64,000 bases of DNA. Origin: Candidatus Uhrbacteria bacterium. Lineage in GTDB: Bacteria > Patescibacteriota > Patescibacteriia > UBA9934. Position 1 is the first letter of the stretch; each line of letters starts with the position of its first letter. The stretch is from NCBI GenBank assembly GCA_943354605.1, contig CALRCK010000003.1, positions 85,609 to 149,608 of the forward strand, in the 5' to 3' direction. The translations under genes were made by a program, and so were the position numbers. The notes under the pieces were generated by a model. It was not told the DNA's origin. It searched no databases and worked only from the letters and a program-made list of their open reading frames with translations. Below, piece after piece: positions 1-7,360 of the stretch.

Positions 1-1
1 T

Positions 2-571
2 CTTTTTTTCATCAATCACCTTCTTTACCTCATTCCCCATGTATCGCAAGTTTGATCCCTTGCCCGGAATCTCCCCCGGTATGCCGAATGGATGAACGGT
101 CACAACAAAGTCCGCAAACTTCTCGGCGTATTTTGCTTTGACGCTTGCGGCGTACTTCCGAAAATTTTCCTCGTCGCGTTCTTCGCCACCAAGCGCGACA
201 ATGATCCGATCCGTGCGATACGGCCCGCGAAGCAGCGATTGAATTGCCTCGTCGATAATCGATTCGTCCTCATGCAACGTCGGCAACATCACGAGGTGAT
301 AGATCCGTTCCCAGCCCGCAATCTTCTGTACTTCCGCGTACCAATCCACGGAAAGCGTTTTTCGATACGATCGGTATGCGGCGATGACGTGAATCACGAA
401 GTAGTACACGCGGAGCATCCAGTACAAATCGAAGACAATGATAAAAATGATGCCGGCAATTGGAGCGAAGATCGACAACGAAAACGCGAAGGCGAGAACG
501 CCCCAAGCAAACATCCCCGGAATCATTTCGAGGAATCGATGCTCACCGTACTGACCGAATCGGACACTCAT
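2..571 (-). CDS. Membrane-anchored glycosyltransferase family 2-like protein (partial, runs off window start)
   Basis: Manual translation from ATG at 571: MSVRFGQYGEHRFLEMIPGMFAW..., two TM helices, then YHLVMLPTLHED...HPFGIPGEIPGKGSN. Resembles a GT2 family common in CPR. Not in the ORF track because no stop falls in the window. Confidence 0.75.
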   Translation of the reverse strand, partial: MSVRFGQYGEHRFLEMIPGMFAWGVLAFAFSLSIFAPIAGIIFIIVFDLYWMLRVYYFVIHVIAAYRSYRKTLSVDWYAEVQKIAGWERIYHLVMLPTLHEDESIIDEAIQSLLRGPYRTDRIIVALGGEERDEENFRKYAASVKAKYAEKFADFVVTVHPFGIPGEIPGKGSNLRYMGNEVKKVIDEKK

Positions 572-596
572 AATATATGGAGACTATTGTTCCCGG

Positions 597-676
597 GTCA
601 TCCTGAGTGCAACGAAGGATCTCTCGTAGGTGATCCGGATCACCTACGGAAGATTCTTCGCTTCGCTCAGAATGAC
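597..676. repeat. Palindromic REP/REPIN-like element, family A (GTCATCCTGAG...CTCAGAATGAC)
   Basis: Imperfect inverted repeat with GTCA/TGAC ends. Related copies at 10957-11036 and 14408-14503. Contains the tsaB stop codon. Confidence 0.85.
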
Positions 677-1101
677 TGAGGCGAAATATTTCGTCGAAGC
701 GCGTCCTTCTTTGTGGCAGTAATCGTTGGTGCGTTTGCGTAGAGTGGACGAAGCATGGGAACCGAATGCGTGCCGGCGAGATCGATCAACGCGGCACGGT
801 CGTCCACTCCAGGAGCAAGTTCAATGCTGTACATCGGAATTGATTGCGTGAAGGCAAACGTATTCGCCCACGCCAATATCGTTCGAAGCGCGGTGGCCGA
901 TCCTGGACCAACAACGACAGCAAGATCGGAAATCGACTTCAGATCAATGCGCTGTTCACGAAGCCAGCTGTCGATAGTGAAGAGAAACTCTTCAGGACGA
1001 ACGCTGAATGTCTTTGGTGGAATCGCAAACGACGCGCGGTTTTCCGCAATGGCTCCGATGGTGAGTTTCGCGATGTCGGATCCATTCACGTACAGCATCA
1101 T
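667..1101 (-). CDS. tsaB: TsaB-like tRNA threonylcarbamoyladenosine biosynthesis protein (short form)
   Basis: LAVVVGPGSATALR matches the TsaB GPGSFTGLR motif; C-terminal P.Y...P.IT. Likely start MMLYV overlaps the upstream stop. Confidence 0.7.
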   Translation of the reverse strand: MMLYVNGSDIAKLTIGAIAENRASFAIPPKTFSVRPEEFLFTIDSWLREQRIDLKSISDLAVVVGPGSATALRTILAWANTFAFTQSIPMYSIELAPGVDDRAALIDLAGTHSVPMLRPLYANAPTITATKKDALRRNISPQSF

Positions 1102-1757
1102 AGTTCTGGAAACGTGTTCCACAATACCACGCGCTTTGCATCAAGAATCGTTGCAAGGAATCGGTCGCCAACATCTTTGCGATACAAGAATTCCTCCTTT
1201 GGCATGGCGGTAAAGTTCACCTCTCGCGCAATGTCGCGCTCAAATTCGCGAATCGCGCCGGCAAGATGCTCCGGATCGATCGTTCCAACGATGAGAAGAT
1301 CAGTTGGGACGTTTGTCGCATCCACGAATCGGCCCGTGAGCAAAATGAGATCGATGTCGCCTTTCTCGCGCAAGACTCGAACAATCTCGCGATTCATCAG
1401 CACTGCCGCTTTTCGCATCACGCCGCGCAAATCTTCGAACAGAGGAAATTCCATGTTCGCACGATAGAATTTCTTCTTCTCTCCCTTTGTTTCCGGCTCG
1501 TCGTCTTTTGCCTCTGTTGGGATAATTTTCCCCTCAACTTCGAGCACCACGCCCACATCCACCAAATTCTTCAGCTCGCGGCGCACCGCGTTCAGCTGAG
1601 CATCAATCCGGCGGGTCAATTCACGCACGTAAAATGCGCGATCGGAATTCTCCAAAAACAACGTTAAGAGACGTGCCCTCGTTCGTGAACCAAAAAGTTG
1701 TTCAATGCGGAACTCTCCAGGTTTTGCTACTACTTCCGGCTCGTCGGTGTTATCCAT
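1098..1757 (-). CDS. Winged-helix protein with nucleotidyltransferase-like C-terminal domain
   Basis: LFGSRTRARLL...FYVRELTR...NAVRRELKNL forms the wHTH; TDLLIVG...REVNFT in the C-terminal domain. Confidence 0.7.
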   Translation of the reverse strand: MDNTDEPEVVAKPGEFRIEQLFGSRTRARLLTLFLENSDRAFYVRELTRRIDAQLNAVRRELKNLVDVGVVLEVEGKIIPTEAKDDEPETKGEKKKFYRANMEFPLFEDLRGVMRKAAVLMNREIVRVLREKGDIDLILLTGRFVDATNVPTDLLIVGTIDPEHLAGAIREFERDIAREVNFTAMPKEEFLYRKDVGDRFLATILDAKRVVLWNTFPEL

Positions 1758-1810
1758 AGAGGAGATCGCGTATATCGGAAACTACTACTATACTGTACGA
1801 GAAGAGACCT

Positions 1811-3982
1811 TTGTCCGCAACCAGCATCATGCCTGCCCCATTATACCGTTTGAAATCCGCAGAACTCCTTGTTCCAGGCACCACACCGGAACATTTGAGT
1901 ATTCGCACTATCCTTTTACCGCTTTCCCAAGGCCAAGGATCCGTTTTCGGGTTGATGGACATCACACACCGCGACAGCGAGGCTCGCGAGCGATTTCTGC
2001 ATATTATCGCCAGTCACCTGGAAGTGCTTCGCGCCGATATTGAGAAAGACGGTGGCAATGTGCCGCGCAGGTTTGAAGCCATGCTCGTCACGATGAATGC
2101 CGACATCGCTCGTCGTGTTGATGAAACAAATCTCTCACTCAAAAAGGCAAACATCCTCGTTGGCGTCATAACGAACACGCAAGTGTTCTTCAGTGGCATC
2201 GGCTCAAACCATGCGCTATTTCTCCATCGCACCGCAGAACGCCGATACGTGGTGTACGAACTTGACGCACAACTCGTGAGTGACGAAAATTCTCCGGAGA
2301 AGCCGCTTGTGACCGTTCTTGATGGCGAGCTCCACCCAGGCGACGTCTTTTATGCGGCACGTCGCATCCCGCCGCACGCGCTTTCGCTTGGTGATTTGCA
2401 AGACATTCTCGTGACACTCCCCCCACAAGGCGCGCTGGAACGCATCCAACAGTTTGTTCCGCCAACGGCACAATTTGGTGGGATCTGTTTTCATGTGAGC
2501 GAAGAGGAGCCACTTGGGCCGCCAAAGAAAGCGAACCCAATGGTGTCAATTTCGGATTTGGAAGAAACAAAGTCCCGAACTGCGGATCTGCTTGGCGAAC
2601 AAACGCCAGACGTTCCACAAAAACTCGCGCTTGGTTTAGCGTCCACAAAAAAATTCCTCGCAACCTACAGCGACAGCGCACTGTGGCGCGGAGTGAAGCG
2701 CGCTGGCCGATTCGCTATCGGCGCGATTGAGCGATTCCTCAAGCAAAAACCGGTCGGCGAAATGCGCACCGGTACCCGGATTGGCGGAAGCAACCATCGC
2801 GGCCGGTTTGGCGGCTTTGCCGGGCGGATTGATTCGTTGCGCCACGCAGGAATTACCGCTGTCAACGGCGCGTCGCGCACCACCAAAGTTGTTGGTGTCG
2901 GTGTTGCAATCGTCGTCGTGATTGTCGTGATGAGCATCGCGAATCGCCAGGCCGGACAGAGGGCTGCAGAAGAAAATGTCGCGTACCAATCTGCGTTAAC
3001 GAAAATCGAGGAAAAGCGCACCGCCGCAGAAGCCGCGATTATTTACGGCAACACTCAGGAAGCACAAACACTCGTCACCGATGCAACCAATCTTCTCGCA
3101 ACGCTTCCAAAAGACACTTCTGCACAAAAAACAAAAGCGGATGACCTGAGCCGCGCCCTTCAAGATTTACTTGGTCGAACGCGCGGCATGGAAACAGTTG
3201 TTCCAACGAAAATCGCGGAGCTTCCAGCACAATTCGCATTCCCGCTTGTTGGCATCACAAGTTCTGGTAACGCGCTCTATGGTATTACTGCCGACGCCGC
3301 ACCGTGGCGTGTGAATGAAGTAAGCAAGGCGATGGAACGCGTCGATGTTGGCCAAAGCCCAGCACAAAACATCATCATCACCGCCGGTGAAGGCGATAAT
3401 ATTCTTACCGTGGACATGGACAAGCGTTTGTGGCGCACCACGGTGGCAACGCCAGCAATCGCGTCGCTCACGAGCGGCATCGACGGCATGGCGAGTATTG
3501 AAGACATCTCCTCATACAACGACAACCTGTATGCCCTAAGCGCGACAAGCGGCCAAATCGTCAAGATGCGTCCACAAGGCCTAGGCTTTGAGGCGGGTAC
3601 GCCGTGGATTACCGCAAAGACGAGCGATCTCAGCCACGCGAAAGCGATCGCAATCGATGGAAGCGTATGGGTGCTAACGGATACGGACGTGGTCGTGTTT
3701 AAGAGCGGCCGCGAAACGCCATGGGATCATGCAAAGATTGATCCAGCAATCGTGAAACCGCTCGATATCTGGACGGACATCGACAGCAAATATCTCTACA
3801 TCCTGGACGGCAGCGACGGCCGCGTGGTGGTGATGGACAAAGACAAGGGCGGTATCGTTGCCCAATACGTCGCAAATCTCTCCGGAGTCGTCAGCTTCGT
3901 GGTTCGCGAAAGCGAGAATCGAATTCTCCTCACCACACCAACAGCAGTGTACTCGTACACGGCAACGCATTTATTGAAGTAA
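1811..3982 (+). CDS. Membrane protein with PP2C-like N-terminal domain, TM helix and C-terminal beta-propeller-like domain
   Basis: 723-aa ORF; central hydrophobic helix VVGVGVAIVVVIVVM; repeated beta-rich blades (IAIDGSVWVL, YLYILD). Confidence 0.65.
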   Translation: MSATSIMPAPLYRLKSAELLVPGTTPEHLSIRTILLPLSQGQGSVFGLMDITHRDSEARERFLHIIASHLEVLRADIEKDGGNVPRRFEAMLVTMNADIARRVDETNLSLKKANILVGVITNTQVFFSGIGSNHALFLHRTAERRYVVYELDAQLVSDENSPEKPLVTVLDGELHPGDVFYAARRIPPHALSLGDLQDILVTLPPQGALERIQQFVPPTAQFGGICFHVSEEEPLGPPKKANPMVSISDLEETKSRTADLLGEQTPDVPQKLALGLASTKKFLATYSDSALWRGVKRAGRFAIGAIERFLKQKPVGEMRTGTRIGGSNHRGRFGGFAGRIDSLRHAGITAVNGASRTTKVVGVGVAIVVVIVVMSIANRQAGQRAAEENVAYQSALTKIEEKRTAAEAAIIYGNTQEAQTLVTDATNLLATLPKDTSAQKTKADDLSRALQDLLGRTRGMETVVPTKIAELPAQFAFPLVGITSSGNALYGITADAAPWRVNEVSKAMERVDVGQSPAQNIIITAGEGDNILTVDMDKRLWRTTVATPAIASLTSGIDGMASIEDISSYNDNLYALSATSGQIVKMRPQGLGFEAGTPWITAKTSDLSHAKAIAIDGSVWVLTDTDVVVFKSGRETPWDHAKIDPAIVKPLDIWTDIDSKYLYILDGSDGRVVVMDKDKGGIVAQYVANLSGVVSFVVRESENRILLTTPTAVYSYTATHLLK

Positions 3983-3986
3983 ATAC

Positions 3987-4019
3987 AAAACGCGAGCCCG
4001 TCATGCGGACTCGCGTTTT
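3987..4019. terminator. Bidirectional intrinsic terminator
   Basis: AAAACGCGAG...CTCGCGTTTT between convergent genes. Confidence 0.7.
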
Positions 4020-4030
4020 GGTTTCGTGAA

Positions 4031-4438
4031 TTATCGCAAGGAAATTTTGAACATCTTTTCTGGCATCTTTACCGAATACTCTCCAGGGCCCATCCATGCC
4101 ATGCCGATGGCTGCCGTGAGAAGAGTGAATTCGAATTCCCATCCGCCAGTGAATCCCATCTTCCACTTCATCGTGAGGATTGCACCAACCATCACCGCCG
4201 CCAATGCGTAGCCGGCGTAGCGAGTATATGCGCCAACGAGCATTGCTGCGCCGCCGAGGAGCTCGATGATTCCAACCACTACGCCAAGCCATCCTGGCAT
4301 ACCGAACTTCACAAACATCGCCATCACGCCCGCAACACTCGCAAGCTTCATTGCACCGTGGGTAATGAATACTGCCGCGAGCCCAAGACGAACACTGAGA
4401 AGTCCTGCGTCTGGTGTCGCCCATTTCATCTTGACCAT
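4031..4438 (-). CDS. DoxX family membrane protein
   Basis: RLGLAAVFITHGAMKL...ELLGG...GGWEFEFTLL...GPGEYS. Confidence 0.85.
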   Translation of the reverse strand: MVKMKWATPDAGLLSVRLGLAAVFITHGAMKLASVAGVMAMFVKFGMPGWLGVVVGIIELLGGAAMLVGAYTRYAGYALAAVMVGAILTMKWKMGFTGGWEFEFTLLTAAIGMAWMGPGEYSVKMPEKMFKISLR

Positions 4439-4448
4439 ACAAAAGGCA

Positions 4449-4567
4449 AACTTCCCCATTTGGTCTAGTTTCGATTCACACCATCGCAAACTCGCTCAAC
4501 GTACCATGGAGTACGCCTCGCGAGTTTTGCTCGTCGTTCATCGAAACTAGCCTCAAATGTGAAAGTT
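4449..4567. repeat. ~120-nt hairpin element, family D, copy 1
   Basis: Core AACTCGCTCAACGTAC-N-GTACGCCTCGCGAG; arms CATTTG/CAAATG. Six copies in the window. Confidence 0.85.
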
Positions 4568-4630
4568 CGATTAGGAATAATCGTAATCAGTGTACCAAAA
4601 ACCCCAGCCTTACGCTGGGGCTTTGTGGAC

Positions 4631-5014
4631 TTATTTCAAGGTAACCGTTGCACCTGCGGCTTCGAGCTTTGCCTTCATGTCGTCGGCTTCTGCCTTTGAA
4701 GCGCCTTCCTTCACGGCCTTTGGAGCAGCATCCACGATGTCCTTTGCTTCCTTGAGGCCAAGACCGGTCACTTCGCGAACTGCCTTAATGACGTTGATCT
4801 TGCTGTCGCCAGCTGCGGTGAGTTCAACGGTGAATGTGGACTTCTCTTCTGCTGCTGCACCCGCTGCTGCTGGAGCTGCGGCCATCATCATTGCTGGAGC
4901 TGCTGCAGAGACACCGAAGTTCTCTTCCAACACCTTCACCAACTCCGAAAGATCAAGAACAGACATCTTCTCAATTTCGCTCACGATGGACTGGAACTTT
5001 GCTGGGATTTCCAT
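4631..5014 (-). CDS. rplL: 50S ribosomal protein L7/L12
   Basis: [21 protein letters not shown] motif. Confidence 0.98.
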   Translation of the reverse strand: MEIPAKFQSIVSEIEKMSVLDLSELVKVLEENFGVSAAAPAMMMAAAPAAAGAAAEEKSTFTVELTAAGDSKINVIKAVREVTGLGLKEAKDIVDAAPKAVKEGASKAEADDMKAKLEAAGATVTLK

Positions 5015-5036
5015 AAAAAGATAAATGATTTTTGAA

Positions 5037-5564
5037 TTACGCTGTTTTCTTTTCCTTCACTGCACCAAGGACATTGACCAAACTACGGAGGTTGCCAGCG
5101 AGAACGTTGACAAATCCGGTTGGCGTTGCGTTGAGTGTGCGAACGAGCATTCCAAGGAGCTGTTCCTTGCTTGGCAGTTCTGCCACACGCTTCACGTCGG
5201 CAGTACCGATGAGACGGTTTTCCAACACACCTGCAACCAAGCTTCCGATTTCTTTGTCTTTCAAGAAATCCTTCAGCACTTTTGCAGCAGTCACTTCGTC
5301 GCCATAGCTCACCGCAGTGAGAATGGAACCCTGTAACGCGTCGGGCACCACACCTTCCAACCCCGCTTCCTTTGCCGCAAGCGTCAGCAACGTTTTCTTC
5401 GAGATGAAGATATCCACGTTCTGTGCTCGAGCCTTGGCGCGCAAGTCGTCGGCATGATTCATGGTAAATCCGGACACGGACACAAAGGCTGCACCTTTCA
5501 TCCGCGTAAACTGATCCGCGATTCCCGCCACGATGTCGCGTTTTTCTGAACGAGACTTTGGCAT
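5037..5564 (-). CDS. rplJ: 50S ribosomal protein L10
   Basis: KKTLL and [11 protein letters not shown] motifs; directly upstream of rplL. Confidence 0.96.
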   Translation of the reverse strand: MPKSRSEKRDIVAGIADQFTRMKGAAFVSVSGFTMNHADDLRAKARAQNVDIFISKKTLLTLAAKEAGLEGVVPDALQGSILTAVSYGDEVTAAKVLKDFLKDKEIGSLVAGVLENRLIGTADVKRVAELPSKEQLLGMLVRTLNATPTGFVNVLAGNLRSLVNVLGAVKEKKTA

Positions 5565-5664
5565 AAATGAACCCTTAAATAAATGAGCAGCCCTTTAGGG
5601 GCCGCAGACATGTTCTAAACCGAGAGGTTCAGAGCGAGATTCTCGACAGGACTTACACCGGGAT

Positions 5665-5791
5665 ATCGAACGTTCATATTTGAGACCAGTTTCGATGAAG
5701 GTCGAGGAAAGCTCGCGAGGCGTACTTCTCGGTACGTTGAGCGAGTTTCCGATGACCTGAGTCGAAAATGGGCCAAATAGGGACGTTCGAT
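5665..5791. repeat. Family D hairpin element, copy 2 (rplJ leader)
   Basis: Reverse complement reads CTATTTGGCCCATTTTCG...AACTCGCTCAACGTACCGAGAAGTACGCCTCGCGAG...CAAATATGAACGTTCG. Confidence 0.85.
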
Positions 5792-5828
5792 CGGCGACCT
5801 GTTGTCTGCGGATCTCGAGGACGGTGGA

Positions 5829-5857
5829 ATAGTACAAATCCAAGCTCAAACTGTCAA
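5829..5857 (-). promoter_or_regulatory. Sigma70 promoter for rplJL
   Basis: TTGACA-17 nt-TACTAT on the minus strand. Confidence 0.65.
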
Positions 5858-5884
5858 ATCTTTGCGAACATTCGCGATGTTTTA

Positions 5885-5913
5885 TTGACGAAAACCCCAA
5901 ATTTTGCTATACT
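5885..5913 (+). promoter_or_regulatory. Sigma70 promoter for the GGDEF gene
   Basis: TTGACG-17 nt-TATACT with extended -10 TG. Confidence 0.65.
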
Positions 5914-5967
5914 TTTCCGTTCGGCTGTTCTCAGTTTCTTCCACTGTTCCACACCCAGGTACTCACC

Positions 5968-6582
5968 ATGGACGTTCTCACGAACGCTGATCTCCACCCC
6001 ACCAACCTCCTGGACGCGCAGCGAGTCATCGCCCAACTCGTCAAGGAAAATGCTCGCCTACGCGACCTCGCATTCACCGATGAGCTGACGAAGCTCATGA
6101 AGCGCGAGCCGGTCATCGACCGTATTTCCCGTGAACTCGGCGTGCATTCGCTGAATAAACGGAAGCCGAAAAACGGCATCGAAAGCATCGCTGTCGTCGC
6201 CGTTGACCTCATCGGATTCAAAAACGTCAACGATCGCGTGAGCCACACCGCCGGCGACGCCGTCCTCGTTCAGACGGCAACGGCGCTCACCAGCGCCGTG
6301 CGCGTGAATGACCTTGTTGCGCGCTGGGGTGGCGACGAGTTCATGCTCGTCTTGTGGAACATCATCCCGGAAGACGTGACCATCGTACTCGATCGTGCCA
6401 GGAGCTCTATCAAGGCCCTGGGACACGACCTCGACGTACGGATGGGCTGCGTCGTCTGGGAGCGAAAGCATGGGTATCCCGCGAACGCACAACGGCTCAT
6501 CGATGTCGCAGATGCCAACGAGCGCGAGCTCCACCGCGCCAAGTTGGCGGGGCACCTCGTCACCACGTTCGGGGAGCGGTAG
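5968..6582 (+). CDS. Diguanylate cyclase (stand-alone GGDEF domain)
   Basis: TDELT, DLIGFKNVND..SH.AGD, RVND I-site, RWGGDEF. Confidence 0.9.
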   Translation: MDVLTNADLHPTNLLDAQRVIAQLVKENARLRDLAFTDELTKLMKREPVIDRISRELGVHSLNKRKPKNGIESIAVVAVDLIGFKNVNDRVSHTAGDAVLVQTATALTSAVRVNDLVARWGGDEFMLVLWNIIPEDVTIVLDRARSSIKALGHDLDVRMGCVVWERKHGYPANAQRLIDVADANERELHRAKLAGHLVTTFGER

Positions 6583-6819
6583 AACGCCACGCACGCCCAA
6601 CGGCCGGCCCTTCGCGAGAGGGGCCGGTTCGCGTTTTAAGCGAATATTCGCCATTTTTCTTCTCTTTCCACATTGACAAATCTCCATGTTTCTGGCACTA
6701 TTTATGGTCTGAAATGCCCTGGAGCTCTGGGAAACGCCACCAAAAGCGGCCTTTCCCAGGGCTCGAGCAGCCCATCAGTCCCCACGGGCTTCAAGCCCAT
6801 CACTCAGGAAGGAGCCGTC

Positions 6820-7125
6820 ATGGCAATGGCAAATTGCGATCCCCGACCCACCCGTTCCAACCGCGGGATCCTGCTCGACAGCGACGACGCCCTCGTCGTC
6901 GTCGGGTTCACCCTCCCGATGCGGAAGTTCGGCGATGACCGGCAGGACGTCGTTGACCGCCGCGAGCCCGACGCCTGGCTCGCGGAACAGCGAGCGGAGC
7001 GCTACGAAGCATGGCTCTCCGCCCGACTCCGCGAGATCGCCGAGATCGCCACCTGTGCCGATGCGGGGTGGGACGACGGCATCCCCTGGGATCCCTTCGG
7101 CCTCGACCAACCCGCGAGCTGGTAG
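6820..7125 (+). CDS. Hypothetical acidic protein (GC-rich orphan)
   Basis: GGAAGGAG SD before ATG 6820; TTGACA-17-CACTAT promoter at 6673; hairpins downstream. Confidence 0.55.
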   Translation: MAMANCDPRPTRSNRGILLDSDDALVVVGFTLPMRKFGDDRQDVVDRREPDAWLAEQRAERYEAWLSARLREIAEIATCADAGWDDGIPWDPFGLDQPASW

Positions 7126-7272
7126 CCAACCAGCAGCGACACGACAGCGGGCGGAGAGAACGAGACCTCTCCGCCCACCCGCAGAGTTCATGATCAGCCG
7201 ATCGTGAGTTGTGCGAGTGAAATGCAAAACCGCCACCGAGATTTCGGTGGCGGTTTTGTCGTATGTGCTTCA

Positions 7273-7339
7273 GTCATCCCCGCGTAGGCGGGGATCCATC
7301 TCTCCGAACAGCCTGGATCCCCGCCTACGCGGGGATGAC
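7273..7339. repeat. Palindromic REP-like element, family C
   Basis: GTCATCCCCGCGTAGGCGGGGATCCA...TGGATCCCCGCCTACGCGGGGATGAC, a perfect 26-bp inverted repeat. Confidence 0.9.
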
Positions 7340-7360
7340 CAGAGTCGAGAACGGCACTTG

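Noticed and set aside
92-679. Plus-strand 195-aa ORF and other long antisense ORFs (e.g. 24617-25885, 52782-53759)
   Set aside because: They are shadows of well-supported genes on the opposite strand. The RFAQND tail is a translated repeat.
5565-5664. L10 leader autoregulatory RNA
   Set aside because: The position fits, but I could not recognise the consensus by eye. It needs an Infernal search.
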